64,000 bases of DNA from Acidimicrobiia bacterium (GCA_026985095.1 JALSQW010000056.1:7144-71143), one strand, 5' to 3'; counted from the first letter of the stretch, positions 30,607 to 41,223 are shown. Program-made: numbers and translations. The notes: a model not told the origin generated them from the letters alone.

Positions 30607-33600
30607 TCAGGCCTTCGTTGCTTCCTTCCACGCCTTCTTGAAGTGCTTGATCGCCTTGTCGTCTCGACCCGCGCCGACGTAGCGCTCGGCCTTCTCCAGC
30701 TCGCGGATCGCCTTGCGTATCCGTCGCTCGTCGCCACCGCGGGCGATCGCCGCGTCGACCGCATCCGAGGCGAGACGTCGATCGGCGTTCACGAGCAGGT
30801 CGATGATGCCCTGCAGGTCGGCGTCGACCTTGCGCAGCTCCTTGACGGCCTGGCGTTCACGATCGAACACCTTCTTGCCTTCGTGGTCGTCGAGGGTGTA
30901 GGCATCGACCCAGTACTCGGGATCGAGGCTGTCGTCGATCCGCTCGATCGCCTTCGCGATCCGCTTCAGATCCTTGTCCTCGTCCTCCCGCTCGTGGGCG
31001 AACCGGCCGTGGTGGTCGTCGTCTTCCCCGTCGTCGTCGAAGCCGGGCGGGAGGAGCGCCTCGAGCATCATCGTCGCCTGGACCTTCAAGCCGCGGGGGC
31101 TGGTGTCGATCCCGATCACGACCGGATCGTGATCCGAGCTCCGGAACGCATCCGGGTGATAGAGCGCCGCCTGGTTGAAGTCGTTGTAGTCCAGGGCCCG
31201 AGGCTCGTCGGCGTTGACGTGCCAGAAGGCCGCACCCGTCACCTGCTCGGCCATCGATGCGTTGGCCAAGCCGTGATCGAGGTACCCCGACTGGGAGAAG
31301 AAGTTGAACGAGTAGGCCCCGTCTTCCCAGCCGCTTCCGACGAACTCGGCGATCAGGTCGGTGTAACCCCCCGCCTTCAGAGCGTCGATCGGGTCCTCCA
31401 TCGCGTACGAGTTCAGATCGCCGATGATGAGCACGTCGGGATCGTTGCTGTGGGTCGGATCCGACGCCGTCCAATCGGCCAACGCCTCCGCGGCCGCGGT
31501 ACGGGTCAGGTTGCAGTTCCCCTGCCCATCTCCGACGTCGGGGTCGCCCAGCGCGTCGCAGGGGGACCCCTTCGACTTCAGATGGTTGACGACCACCGTG
31601 AAGCGGCCACCGGTCGACGTGTCCACGAACGTCTGCGCCAGCGCCGGCCGGTTCTTGTCGTCGTTGAACCGAGCATCCACCGACGAGTCGAGCACCGCGA
31701 AGGCTCCCACCGGCATCACCGACGCCGGCTGGTAGATGAGCGCCACCCGGATGGCGTCGTCGCCGATCGCGCCCGTTGCCACGTAGTCGTAGGTACCGGC
31801 ACCGAGGGCGCCGTTCAGGCCGTCGACGAGATCCGCCGTCGGCACGTCCCCGGGATGGTTCTCGATCTCCATGAGGCCCACGACATCGGCGTCGAGGCCA
31901 CCGATCGCAGCGACGATCTTGGCCTTCTGACGAGCGAGCTCGTCGGCGCTGTCCGCGCCGCGGCATCCCTGATCACCGTTCGGGCCGCAGATGGGTGCAC
32001 CCGTGTCGATCGTGGTGAAGTAGTTCAACACGTTGAACGACGCCACCGTCAGGTCGCTCCCGACGTCGGGCACACCCGGACGCGGGTTCGTCTGGTCGAA
32101 GGCGACGGTCGCCGTCGGATGGACCTCGTAGTTGCCGAAGCTGTAGCTCAGGACGCCGGTGAGCCCGTCGACCGAGTCGCCGGTCCGCAGCGTCCCGTCG
32201 AACACGAAGTACGGCGGCGGCACCGGGTTCTGACGGGTCGAGCCGTCCTCGAGTTGGATCCGGCTACGGTCGTTCAGGTCCTGGAGGGCCACCGCGGCCG
32301 CTCCCGGCTCGACGACGTTCGTCGGGTTGTCGAGGGGGCCGCCCACCGACAGGTCCACCTCGCCGAAGCGCCCCTGGTTGAAGTTGCCGCTCACGTACAG
32401 CGTCTGGCCGAACGTGACCGCCATGCCCTCCCAGCGTTCCCACTCGCCGATCGACGACACGGGAAGGGTCGGTGCAGCCGCCGTCGGCAACGTCGACCCG
32501 GAAGCGCAGATGGTCAGATCGGTCAGGTCGTTGAGCTCGGTCAAGTCGAAGAACTCGGTCACCGACCCGCGCACGCGGACCGTGTCGCCGACCGACACGT
32601 TGGTCCCGAAGGAGCCCTCGAAGACGAAGATGCCCTCGGAGGTCGCCGGATCGGCGTCCGCATCGGCGTCCTCCTCCTGCAGGAAGAACCCGCCGAGCTG
32701 GTCGGGCCCGTCGAAATCGCCGACCACGACACCCTCGATCGTGCGGATCGACCCCACGTCGGGGCTCGACGATCCCGAGCCCTGGATGTCGTGGATCAAC
32801 GTCGTGGGGACCCCGCACGAACCGAACGGATCGGTCGGCACGGTCACGACCTCGTTGGGAGCGTCGGGGGTGTTGACGGCTTCCCCGACGTCGGGATCGC
32901 CGACGAAACCGGGCAGTCCCCAACCGAAGAAGTCGTTGCGGACCCAGTCCGCGGCCGTATCGGTGTCCGTGCCGTTGGGGATCCGAGAGGCGCCGCCGAC
33001 GGTGAACGACGACCCGTCGTAGCCGCGGGTCAGCACCGTCTCGACGTAGTTGCGGTCCGAGGCTCCTCCGTCGTGGACGCCGACGCCGTCGACGATCCGG
33101 CTCCATGGCGTGACATCGATCGTGCCGTCGTTGTCGATGTCGATGTCGTCGCCGACCGAACCGGTGAACCCTTCCACGAGGAGGATCGTGATCGTGCCGT
33201 TCTCCATGTCCTCGCCGTCGACGAAGAAGCCGGCGCCGTCGGTGGTTCCGACCGTCCCGGCGTAGTCGATCGTGCCGGCGCCGCCCGAGTCGCCCTCGAT
33301 CTCGAGGAGCGTGAACGCCGAATAGTCGGTTGCCGGAGTACCGAGGATCTCGGTGAACGCGGCCGTGTCGGCGCCGGTGTGGTTGGCGACGAACTCGTTG
33401 ACGAGCGGATCGGCAGGACCGCCACCCCCGCCGGTGAACGACTGCCCGGTGTTCACCGCTCCGAACGTGTTCGGCTGCGGCGCTGCCCACGAGAAGTCGC
33501 CGTAGCCCGTCCCGGATCCGGTGAGCTGCAGCGAGTCGCCCACCGGGGTGCTGCCCGGTTCCGACACCCCGATATCGGTGCTGGTCAGACCGTCGGCCGG

Positions 33601-34026
33601 CCCGCCGCTGGCGGTGAACGATCCCTCGTAGGAGAGGAACTGGGCCACCGCACCGGTGTCGTCGATCAGGGCGAGGCCGTCGGGTGCGCCGTTCTGGATC
33701 CCGCTGTGGGAGAAGGCGAGGACGCCGAAGCCACCGCCGAGGTCCGGGATGGTGCCGCTCAAGGCGACCGTGGAGTAGCGCGCGCCGCCGTTGCCGTTGT
33801 ACAGCGCCACAGACCAGCTCGACAGGTCGGTGCCGGCCGGTCCGGCCACCTCGAAGCCCTCGCCGGAGTCGGCGCCGGCGTTGTCGTAGTGGATCTCGTT
33901 GATGAACACGTCGGTCCGTGCGACGGTCGCCCGTGCGGTGCTCGGAACCAGCACCATGAGAGCGGCCGCCGTCGCCGCGACCACGAACGCGCTCGTCGCG
34001 CGCCTCGGAAGTGTCGTTGACACCAT
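30607..34026 (-). CDS. ExeM/NucH family extracellular endonuclease
   Basis: Signal peptide; lamin-tail-like 'FINEIHYDN'; OB-fold 'IHDIQG..GFFLQ..SEGIFV'; EEP motifs 'ASFNVLNYF', 'NHLKSKG', 'GDLNSY', 'SSDHDP'. Confidence 0.93.
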   Translation of the reverse strand: MVSTTLPRRATSAFVVAATAAALMVLVPSTARATVARTDVFINEIHYDNAGADSGEGFEVAGPAGTDLSSWSVALYNGNGGARYSTVALSGTIPDLGGGFGVLAFSHSGIQNGAPDGLALIDDTGAVAQFLSYEGSFTASGGPADGLTSTDIGVSEPGSTPVGDSLQLTGSGTGYGDFSWAAPQPNTFGAVNTGQSFTGGGGGPADPLVNEFVANHTGADTAAFTEILGTPATDYSAFTLLEIEGDSGGAGTIDYAGTVGTTDGAGFFVDGEDMENGTITILLVEGFTGSVGDDIDIDNDGTIDVTPWSRIVDGVGVHDGGASDRNYVETVLTRGYDGSSFTVGGASRIPNGTDTDTAADWVRNDFFGWGLPGFVGDPDVGEAVNTPDAPNEVVTVPTDPFGSCGVPTTLIHDIQGSGSSSPDVGSIRTIEGVVVGDFDGPDQLGGFFLQEEDADADADPATSEGIFVFEGSFGTNVSVGDTVRVRGSVTEFFDLTELNDLTDLTICASGSTLPTAAAPTLPVSSIGEWERWEGMAVTFGQTLYVSGNFNQGRFGEVDLSVGGPLDNPTNVVEPGAAAVALQDLNDRSRIQLEDGSTRQNPVPPPYFVFDGTLRTGDSVDGLTGVLSYSFGNYEVHPTATVAFDQTNPRPGVPDVGSDLTVASFNVLNYFTTIDTGAPICGPNGDQGCRGADSADELARQKAKIVAAIGGLDADVVGLMEIENHPGDVPTADLVDGLNGALGAGTYDYVATGAIGDDAIRVALIYQPASVMPVGAFAVLDSSVDARFNDDKNRPALAQTFVDTSTGGRFTVVVNHLKSKGSPCDALGDPDVGDGQGNCNLTRTAAAEALADWTASDPTHSNDPDVLIIGDLNSYAMEDPIDALKAGGYTDLIAEFVGSGWEDGAYSFNFFSQSGYLDHGLANASMAEQVTGAAFWHVNADEPRALDYNDFNQAALYHPDAFRSSDHDPVVIGIDTSPRGLKVQATMMLEALLPPGFDDDGEDDDHHGRFAHEREDEDKDLKRIAKAIERIDDSLDPEYWVDAYTLDDHEGKKVFDRERQAVKELRKVDADLQGIIDLLVNADRRLASDAVDAAIARGGDERRIRKAIRELEKAERYVGAGRDDKAIKHFKKAWKEATKA

Positions 34027-34227
34027 TCACCCCTTCGTCTGCAGCGATCTCTCCGATCGCCTCCCGTGCGCGTCGGACGCGCTGGACTCTCCTCTCGGTC
34101 AACCCTAGACGGCGCCGACACCGAGCGCGGCGGACTAGTCACGTCGGGTGGCATTGGGTCGCCCGACCCATGGTGACCTCCCCCGCTGCACGGTACATTC
34201 GAGACGTTCACCACCACGGGGGCACCG

Positions 34228-34410
34228 ATGTCGATGATGGAGATCATGCAGAAGACCTGGGCCAGGCTGCTGTCGGATGAACGGGGCGCCAGCCTCGTCG
34301 AGTATGCCTTGCTGGTCACGTTCATCGCGATCGCCGCGTTCGCCGCGGTCGCGTTCTTCGGGAACGAACTGAACTCGAGCTACTCGGACATCACCACGTC
34401 GATGCCCTGA
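34228..34410 (+). CDS. flp: Flp family type IVb pilin
   Basis: 60 aa; prepilin site 'DERG|ASLVEYALL' followed by a hydrophobic helix. Confidence 0.9.
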   Translation: MSMMEIMQKTWARLLSDERGASLVEYALLVTFIAIAAFAAVAFFGNELNSSYSDITTSMP

Positions 34411-34444
34411 CGGCCGCCCCGGATCTCGGGCGAACGCCGAGGGT

Positions 34445-34678
34445 TCACACCGGCGGCTGGGTGAGGAGGTCGGACGCCGCGGCGACGTCCTCGGGCCGGA
34501 CGAGGAGACGAGCACCGCCGGTCGCCATGCCCAACGGCGGAAGCGCACCACCCGCGTCGTCCTCCAGCACGAGCGCATCGATCCCGTTGTCTTCGAGGAG
34601 CGCCCGGGCCGCCTCTGCCTCGAACGCCGTGGCGAACCGCGCCACCTCGACCGGCGCGGCGTGCGTGTCGTCGACCAT
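34445..34678 (-). CDS. DUF2007-like putative signal transducing protein
   Basis: 'FEAEAARALLEDNGI', 'ARLLVRPED...A..LL'; AGGAGG RBS. Confidence 0.8.
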   Translation of the reverse strand: MVDDTHAAPVEVARFATAFEAEAARALLEDNGIDALVLEDDAGGALPPLGMATGGARLLVRPEDVAAASDLLTQPPV

Positions 34679-34731
34679 GGAGCCTCCTGGGGGTGGGGAC
34701 CCCAGATGGTAGAGCCGACGCCCGACCAACC

Positions 34732-35373
34732 TCAGGGCTCCAGTCCCACCGGGCACGACACCCCCGTGCCGCCGATCCCGCAGTAGCCGTTCGGGTTCTT
34801 CGCCAGGTACTGCTGGTGGTATTCCTCGGCGTAGTAGAACGGCCCTGCACGAGCGATCTCGGTCGTGATCGGACCGTAACCAGCCGCGGTGAGCTGTGCC
34901 TGGTACAGGACCTTCGACCGTTCGGCGGCGTCGCGTTGGGCCTCCGACGTCCAGTAGATGGCCGAGCGGTACTGGGTGCCGACGTCGTTGCCCTGCCGCA
35001 TGCCCTGCGTCGGATCGTGGTTCTCCCAGAACGTCGTCAGGAGCTGCTCGTAGGAGATCCGCTCGGGATCGAACACGACCAGCACGACCTCGGCGTGGCC
35101 GGTGCGGCCCGAGCACGTGTCCTCGTAGGTCGGGTTCGCCGTGGTCCCTCCTGCGTAGCCGACCGCGGTCGCTTCCACCCCGGGGAGCTCCCAGAAGATG
35201 CGTTCGGCACCCCAGAAACAGCCCATCCCGAAGATCGCCCGCTCCGAGCCCTCCGGGAAGGGCGGGACGATCGGACGGCCGCTCACGAAATGGACGCCCG
35301 AGATCTCCATCGGACGGTCACGGTCCGGCAGGGCTCGCCCTCCGGCTTCCTGGTTCTTCCGTCGGTTCCACAT
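34732..35373 (-). CDS. msrA: Peptide-methionine (S)-S-oxide reductase
   Basis: 'GCFWGAE', 'TGHAEVV', '[18 protein letters not shown]', 'AEEYHQQYL'. Confidence 0.97.
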   Translation of the reverse strand: MWNRRKNQEAGGRALPDRDRPMEISGVHFVSGRPIVPPFPEGSERAIFGMGCFWGAERIFWELPGVEATAVGYAGGTTANPTYEDTCSGRTGHAEVVLVVFDPERISYEQLLTTFWENHDPTQGMRQGNDVGTQYRSAIYWTSEAQRDAAERSKVLYQAQLTAAGYGPITTEIARAGPFYYAEEYHQQYLAKNPNGYCGIGGTGVSCPVGLEP

Positions 35374-35380
35374 GGTCCGC

Positions 35381-36190
35381 TCAACGCTCACGGCACGGAT
35401 CGTGTTCCGGGCCGGCCAGCCAGCGGAGGATCTCCTCGGCGACCGTCTCCCACCGGGCGCCGAGCATGAGATCGTGGCCGGCACCGTCGACGATGAGCGG
35501 TTCGGTCCCGTACGCCCGAGCCGTGGCCGCCACTTCGCCGGTCGTGAAGATCGCGTCCTCGCTGCCGCCGATCACCAGCATCGGCGATCGCACCAGTCGG
35601 GTCCGGACCGGAACGAACATCCCCAGGTACGCCGTGTACGACTCGTCCTGCAGCCGGTCGAGGTACCGGCCGGCGAGGTCGTCGGGCATGTCCGGATCGA
35701 ACAACAACCGGGCAGCCCGTGCGCGGTCCTCGACGATCGGCCACATCGACCACGTCGCGGTCGCCTTGGCGAGGGCGGCCGGATGACGCGCGCCGATCCG
35801 GATCGACGCCGCCGCCACGCCCCGATGGGGCACGGGGGCCAGGAGCACCCCCGGGCCGCCGCGCCGGCGTGCCAGATAGCGTTGCACGAGGTAGCCGCCC
35901 ATGGAGTGGCCCACCAGGACGGTCGTGCGGGGGAGCGCGGCCAGGGCGCGGTGGATGTCGGACAGATAGTCCCCGATCGTCACCCTGCGCAGGTCCGGTC
36001 TCGGGCCGGGGGGCGTCCCGTCTCCGTGGAAACGCAGGTCGATGGCGTAGGCGTCGTGGCCGGCGTCTGCGAACCGGTCGAGGAAGTGCTCCGCCCAACA
36101 CCACGATCCATGCCAGGCTCCATGGACGAACAGGACCGGGCATCGTCCGGCCGGATCGGCCTTGCGGGAGACGATCGTCGCGTCGCTCAC
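35381..36190 (-). CDS. Alpha/beta fold hydrolase
   Basis: 'FVHGAWHG', 'GHSMGG', 'GHDLML'. Confidence 0.9.
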   Translation of the reverse strand: MSDATIVSRKADPAGRCPVLFVHGAWHGSWCWAEHFLDRFADAGHDAYAIDLRFHGDGTPPGPRPDLRRVTIGDYLSDIHRALAALPRTTVLVGHSMGGYLVQRYLARRRGGPGVLLAPVPHRGVAAASIRIGARHPAALAKATATWSMWPIVEDRARAARLLFDPDMPDDLAGRYLDRLQDESYTAYLGMFVPVRTRLVRSPMLVIGGSEDAIFTTGEVAATARAYGTEPLIVDGAGHDLMLGARWETVAEEILRWLAGPEHDPCRER

Positions 36191-36210
36191 GCCCCGATCG
36201 TATCGAACGA

Positions 36211-36240
36211 GGAGGGGCGGCGTCGAAGCGCCGCCCCTCC
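36211..36240 (-). terminator. GC-rich hairpin downstream of 36261-37187
   Basis: GGAGGGGCGGCG-6 nt-CGCCGCCCCTCC. Confidence 0.5.
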
Positions 36241-36260
36241 CATCGTCGGGATGGCGGGGG

Positions 36261-37187
36261 TCATCCCTCGTGTTCGGCTCCGGTGCGGACGAAGGAGAAC
36301 ACGGCCCGACCACCGTCGGAGCTCTCGATGACCACGGTGAACGGATCGTCGAACGGGGCCTCGGGGAACGTGACCTTGGCCTCCCACTTGCCGCGGTCGT
36401 TGGCGGTCGTGGTCGCCGATCCGTAGGGGGATTCGATCCACACGGTGGCGCCGGGGGTCGCTCGGCCGTAGAACACGTCGTAGGGCACCGGTTCGGAGCA
36501 CGAGCCGTACTTCTGGTAGGCCTCGAACTCGACCTCGGCGGGCGGTGGCTCCTCGCCCTTGTCGCCCTTGTCGCCCTCGTCGGCGGCCGGAGCGTCGTAG
36601 AACACCGTCACCGATCGCTCCGTCTCGTTCCCGGTCTCGTCGACGGCCAGGAACGACACCACGTTCTTGCCCGGGGCGAGGACCAGCTCGATACGCCATC
36701 CGTCGTCGCTCACCTCGGCCTGGTACTTGCCCCGGTGGACCGTGGCGCCGGGCTGGACCGAGCCTTCGAACACGGCGACGGCGCGGTCGAACCGCGTCTC
36801 GTTCTCCGGGTAGTCGATCGAGAACTCCGGGCCGGCGGGCTCGTGTTCGGGCTCGTCGGCTTCGGCTTCGGGCTCGTCGGCTTCGGCTTCGGGCTCGTCG
36901 GCTTCGGCTTCGTTGGCTTCGGGCTCGTTGGCCTCGGGCTCGGTCCCGTCGGTCTTGTCGACCTCGGGGATCTCCGACCGGTGCTCCGGCTCGACGACCT
37001 CAGGCTCGTCGGCCTCATCCCCGACCTGCTCGTCGCCCACGGGGACCGTCAGCTCGGAGGCGGCATCGAACATGGCCACCGGATCGTCGGATCCCACCGA
37101 GAACGTCCCGACCTGCGCCAGGGCGACCCCGGCGACCAAGACGACGGTGAACGCCACCGTGAAGATCGTCAGCGAACGTCGTTTCAT
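36261..37187 (-). CDS. Secreted or anchored protein with acidic repeat linker and two beta-rich (Ig-like) domains
   Basis: Signal or TM segment 'MKRRSLTIF..', EPEAEAD repeats, repeated 'PGATV' motif. Confidence 0.75.
   Translation of the reverse strand: MKRRSLTIFTVAFTVVLVAGVALAQVGTFSVGSDDPVAMFDAASELTVPVGDEQVGDEADEPEVVEPEHRSEIPEVDKTDGTEPEANEPEANEAEADEPEAEADEPEAEADEPEHEPAGPEFSIDYPENETRFDRAVAVFEGSVQPGATVHRGKYQAEVSDDGWRIELVLAPGKNVVSFLAVDETGNETERSVTVFYDAPAADEGDKGDKGEEPPPAEVEFEAYQKYGSCSEPVPYDVFYGRATPGATVWIESPYGSATTTANDRGKWEAKVTFPEAPFDDPFTVVIESSDGGRAVFSFVRTGAEHEG
36846..36908. repeat. 21-bp coding tandem repeat x3 (AEADEPE)
   Basis: TTCGGGCTCGTCGGCTTCGGC at 36846, 36867 and 36888. Confidence 0.9.
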
Positions 37188-37288
37188 GTCTGCTCCCTCG
37201 TCGATGCCCCGACCTGCGGAGCACTGGCCACTTCTCGGGGTCACTCGCCGCACGAGCCCGGAAGGTTTACCCGTGTACCGTTCGGCCC

Positions 37289-37918
37289 ATGCAGGCCCAG
37301 ACCGTCTACGAGATCATCGGGTACGTCGCGTCCCTCCTCGTCGTGGTCTCGCTGGCGATGAGCAGCCTCATCCGGCTCCGGATCGTCAACCTCGCCGGCG
37401 CGTTCCTGTTCGCCGTGTACGGAGCCCTCATCTCGGCGTGGCCGATCGTGATCACCAACGGGGTCATCGCAGTCATCGACGTGTACTTCCTGTGGAAAGC
37501 CCTCCGAGACGAAGCCTCGTTCGGGCTGCTGGCGGTGCGGCCCGACTCGGCCTACCTCCGTCAGTTCCTCGACTTCTACGCCGTCGACATCCGCATGTTC
37601 CTTCCCGACTTCGATCCCGACGACCTCCGCACCGCCGACGTCGTCCGCCTCCTTCTCCGCAACGCGGTCCCGATCGGCGTCTTCGTCGGCAGGCCCGCCG
37701 GCGACGGCGTGTTGGAGGTCCTCGTCGACTACGTCATCCCCGAATACCGCGACTTCAAGACGGGCCGGTTCCTCTACCGGAACCGGGCCGAACGGTTCCG
37801 TCAGGCCGGCTACCGGCAGCTCATCGCCCGCCGGGGCTCACCCCGCCACGACGCCTACCTCGAGAAGATGGGGTTCCGGCGTCGCGGGAACCATCACGTC
37901 CTGGTGACCGCCGCCTGA
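37289..37918 (+). CDS. YgjV-like membrane domain plus soluble C-terminal domain
   Basis: 'IGYVASLLVVVSL.M..LIRLRIVNL.G..LF..YG'; 'DYVIPEYRDFKTG..YLEKMGF'. Confidence 0.7.
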   Translation: MQAQTVYEIIGYVASLLVVVSLAMSSLIRLRIVNLAGAFLFAVYGALISAWPIVITNGVIAVIDVYFLWKALRDEASFGLLAVRPDSAYLRQFLDFYAVDIRMFLPDFDPDDLRTADVVRLLLRNAVPIGVFVGRPAGDGVLEVLVDYVIPEYRDFKTGRFLYRNRAERFRQAGYRQLIARRGSPRHDAYLEKMGFRRRGNHHVLVTAA

Positions 37919-38739
37919 TCGGAGGCGGTCCTCGCCACCGTCCGGACGGCCAGGACGACGAAGAACAGCGCCACCGCCACGAACGACATCGTCGCCCCAC
38001 CGGCCGTATCGAGATGGAAGCTCACCACCAGCCCGGCGACGACCGACAACATCCCCAACACCGCCGCCACGACCATCATCGCCGGCACCCGCCGCGTCAC
38101 GAGCGCGGCGGTCGCCGGCGGGGCGACCAGCAGACCGAACACCAGCAGCGCCCCCACGGTGCGGAACGACGTCACGATCGCCAACGTCACCAGGCCCAAC
38201 ATGACCAGATGCGTCCAGCGCGGAGCGAGACCGAGGACCTCGGCCTTGGCCTCGTTGAACGACAACGCCAGCAACGGCCGGTACAGGACGACCACCGACA
38301 CGAGCACCACGATCCCCACGGCGCCGTTGAGGATCAGATCCCCGGTGGTCGTGCCCAACACGTCCCCGAACAGGATCGCGACCACGTCGACGGCGAACGA
38401 CCCCGATCGAGAGATGATGATCACCCCCAGGGCCAGCATCCCGACGAACAGCAGACCGATGGCGGTGTCCTCGGACAGTTTGGTCGTGCGATGGATCAGC
38501 GAGATCGCCGCGATCATGACGACCGCCGCCGCTGCGGCGCCCACCATGGGGTTCACGTCGAGCAGGAACGCCACCGCGATGCCCGGAACCACCCCGTGGG
38601 CCAAGGCGTCGCCCATGAACGCCAGGCCCCGCATCACGACCCAGGTGCCCACCAGCGAGGTCGTGACGGCCACCAGCAGGCCCGCGACGAGCGCGCGTTG
38701 CATGAACTCGAGCTGGAACGGCTCCAGTAGCCATTGCAC
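37894..38739 (-). CDS. Zn/Mn ABC transporter permease (AztB/ZnuB-like)
   Basis: 'FMQRAL', 'FMGDALAHGVVPG', 'EDTAIG', 'LFGDVLG'. Confidence 0.92.
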   Translation of the reverse strand: MQWLLEPFQLEFMQRALVAGLLVAVTTSLVGTWVVMRGLAFMGDALAHGVVPGIAVAFLLDVNPMVGAAAAAVVMIAAISLIHRTTKLSEDTAIGLLFVGMLALGVIIISRSGSFAVDVVAILFGDVLGTTTGDLILNGAVGIVVLVSVVVLYRPLLALSFNEAKAEVLGLAPRWTHLVMLGLVTLAIVTSFRTVGALLVFGLLVAPPATAALVTRRVPAMMVVAAVLGMLSVVAGLVVSFHLDTAGGATMSFVAVALFFVVLAVRTVARTASDQAAVTRT

Positions 38740-38770
38740 GGTCCGCCCGCTCCTTCCTCCCCGCCCGTAG

Positions 38771-38790
38771 AATGAGAACGAATCTCAGTT
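38771..38790. promoter_or_regulatory. Fur/Zur-box-like palindrome
   Basis: AA-TGAGAAC-G-AATCTCA-GTT, a 7-1-7 arrangement in the short divergent gap between the permease and regulator genes. Confidence 0.7.
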
Positions 38791-38818
38791 GGGGAGTCTA
38801 CCCGAGGAGGCGGGGACG

Positions 38819-39280
38819 ATGACCGGCAGACCAACGGTCCCGACGGCCGAGCCCGGGGAATCCGTTCTCCGACGCGCGGCGGACGCCGGGCTCCGGCTCA
38901 CCAGAGCACGGCGGGCGGTCGTCGCCGCCCTCGAGGCGTGCACCGGGCCGACCACCGCCGCCGACCTCGCCGAACGCCTCGCCGACGTCCCCATCTCGTC
39001 GCTGTACCGCAGCCTCGCCGTGCTCGTCGACGCCGGCGTCGTCGCCCGCGTCCACGAGACCGAAGGCATCGCCCGCTTCGAGCTCGCCGAAGCCGTCGCC
39101 GGGCACCATCACCACCTGGTCTGTCGATCCTGCGGCACCGTCATCGATGTTCGGCCCACGCCCAGCGCCGACGACACGGTCGCCGGGATCGTCGAGGCCG
39201 AAGCCGCCCGGCACGGGTTCACGGCCACCGGCCACCACGTCGACATCGAAGGAGTGTGCGCCGCATGCCGGACGCCGTAG
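38819..39280 (+). CDS. Fur family transcriptional regulator (Zur-like)
   Basis: 'GLRLTRAR', 'SLYRSL', 'HHHHLVCRSCG', 'GVCAAC'. Confidence 0.92.
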   Translation: MTGRPTVPTAEPGESVLRRAADAGLRLTRARRAVVAALEACTGPTTAADLAERLADVPISSLYRSLAVLVDAGVVARVHETEGIARFELAEAVAGHHHHLVCRSCGTVIDVRPTPSADDTVAGIVEAEAARHGFTATGHHVDIEGVCAACRTP

Positions 39281-40062
39281 CCGCCTCCGGGACCGGCGTC
39301 GCCGTCACCTACGGGCGTCGCATCGCCATCGCCGCCTCGGACTTCACGATCCCCGCCGGCCGCTTGACCGCCGTCATCGGGCCCAACGGGTCGGGCAAGT
39401 CGACGCTGCTCAACCTCCTCACCGGTCTCGTCGAACCCGCCTCGGGAACCGTCGAGGTGCTCGGGACCGACCCGGTGTCCGCCCGTGCCCGGGTCGCCTA
39501 CGTCCTCCAGACCAACGCCGTCAACGAAGCCGTACCCATCACCGTCCGCGAGGTCGTGGCCATGGGCCGCTACGCGGAGCTCGGTCCGTTCCGACCGTTC
39601 CGCGACCCCGATCGCCGGCTGGTCTCCCAGGCGATGGAACGCCTCGGCGTGACCGACCTCCACGACCGTCACCTCGGCGAGCTCTCGGGCGGACAGCGCC
39701 AGCGGGTCTTCGTCGCCCAGGGTCTCGCCCAGAGCGCCGAGTTGCTCCTCCTCGACGAACCGGTCACGGGGCTCGACCTCGTCTCCCGTCAGCGGATCAT
39801 CGACGTCGTCCGCGACGAACTCGATCTCGGTCGAACCGTGGTGTACACCACCCACGATCTCGCCGACGCTGCCGAAGCCGACCACATCATCCTCATGGCG
39901 TCCAAGGTCTTCGCCCAGGGGCCCCCCGACGTCGTGTTGGACCCCGATCTGCTCTCCACGGCCTTCGGCGTCGGCATCATCCACTTCGGTGACGGTCACC
40001 TGGCCCTCGACGACGGCCACCACGTGCCCGGGCGCCACGTCCACTTCGAACGCAAACGCTGA
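39265..40062 (+). CDS. Metal ABC transporter ATP-binding protein (AztA/ZnuC-like)
   Basis: 'GPNGSGKST', 'LSGGQRQR', 'LLDEP', His-rich C-terminus. Confidence 0.92.
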   Translation: MPDAVAASGTGVAVTYGRRIAIAASDFTIPAGRLTAVIGPNGSGKSTLLNLLTGLVEPASGTVEVLGTDPVSARARVAYVLQTNAVNEAVPITVREVVAMGRYAELGPFRPFRDPDRRLVSQAMERLGVTDLHDRHLGELSGGQRQRVFVAQGLAQSAELLLLDEPVTGLDLVSRQRIIDVVRDELDLGRTVVYTTHDLADAAEADHIILMASKVFAQGPPDVVLDPDLLSTAFGVGIIHFGDGHLALDDGHHVPGRHVHFERKR

Positions 40063-40131
40063 CGCGCCGGCATCGGCCATCGCGCCGCCGGCCGTCGAGA
40101 CGCGGGCCGTGCACCGGGTACGATTGACGCC

Positions 40132-41223
40132 GTGTCCGTCACCACCGTCCGAGACCTCGTTGCCGCCGTCGACCGGATCGCACCTCTCGCGAAGGCCGCC
40201 GAATGGGACCGCGTCGGACTCCAGATCGGAGATCCCGACGCCGTCGCCGGACCCGTCGCCGTCGTTCACGAGGTCACCGACGCCGTCGTCTCCGCGGCCG
40301 TCGCACGCGGCATCGGCACGCTCGTCGCCTACCACCCGCTGCTGTTCACCCCCCAACGGCGGTTCGTCGCCGGATCCGGCCCCGGGGGACGGTCCTACGC
40401 CTTGGCTCGGGCAGGCATCGCCGTCGTCGTCGTCCACACCGCGTTCGACGTCGCCGAAGGAGGGACCGCCAACGCCCTCGCCGACGCCCTGGGCCTCGAA
40501 GCGATCAGACCGTTCGGTCCCGCATGGCCACCCGAACAGGTCAAGGTCGTCACCTACGTGCCGTCGGCCTCCGTCGACCTCGTCGTGACCGCGATGGCGA
40601 ACGCCGGAGCCGGTGTCATCGGACGGTACACCGGATGTTCCTTCCAGACCCCAGGGATCGGGACGTTCCGGCCCGGACCGGGCGCGGCCCCCACCGTCGG
40701 CACCGTCGGCGAGCAGGCCGCCGTCGACGAGACCAGGATCGAGATGGTCGCCCCCGCCTCCGCCGCCGACGACGTCGTCACCGCCCTCGCCGCCGCCCAC
40801 CCCTACGAGGAGCCCGCCTTCGACGTGTTCCCGGTCGCCTCGGGGGCAGGCTTCGTCGGTCGCTGCGGTTCCCTGCCCACTCCCTGGAGCCTGTCGGACC
40901 TGTCCCGGTTCGCCGGATCGGTGCTCGCCACCCGATGCCGGATCGCCGGAGCACCGGACCGTTCCGTGAGGACCGTCGCCGTCGTGCCCGGCTCCGGCCG
41001 GTCGTTCCTTCCCGCCGCGTCCGCCGTCGCCGACGTCCTCGTCACCGGGGACGTCTCCCACCACGCCGCCCGCGAAGCCCTCGACCGGGGACTGGCCGTC
41101 ATCGACGCGGGCCACGTGCCCACCGAACGTCCCGGCCTCGCGAGCCTCTACGCTTCCGTGTCCGAGATCGTCGACGTCGTCGATCTCGGAGCGCCCGATC
41201 CGCACCCATGGGAGGAACCTTGA
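40132..41223 (+). CDS. Nif3-like dinuclear metal centre protein (DUF34)
   Basis: 'WDRVGLQIG', 'YHPLLF', 'HTAFD', 'HPYEEPAFD', 'DAGHVPTE'. Confidence 0.93.
   Translation: MSVTTVRDLVAAVDRIAPLAKAAEWDRVGLQIGDPDAVAGPVAVVHEVTDAVVSAAVARGIGTLVAYHPLLFTPQRRFVAGSGPGGRSYALARAGIAVVVVHTAFDVAEGGTANALADALGLEAIRPFGPAWPPEQVKVVTYVPSASVDLVVTAMANAGAGVIGRYTGCSFQTPGIGTFRPGPGAAPTVGTVGEQAAVDETRIEMVAPASAADDVVTALAAAHPYEEPAFDVFPVASGAGFVGRCGSLPTPWSLSDLSRFAGSVLATRCRIAGAPDRSVRTVAVVPGSGRSFLPAASAVADVLVTGDVSHHAAREALDRGLAVIDAGHVPTERPGLASLYASVSEIVDVVDLGAPDPHPWEEP

Noticed and set aside
30352..34020. 1222-aa plus-strand ORF and similar long ORFs (4304-6985, 15287-18274, 16686-19445, 23730-25736, 39109-41205)
   Set aside because: Antisense or off-frame shadows of well-supported genes, expected at this GC content; they carry no family motifs.
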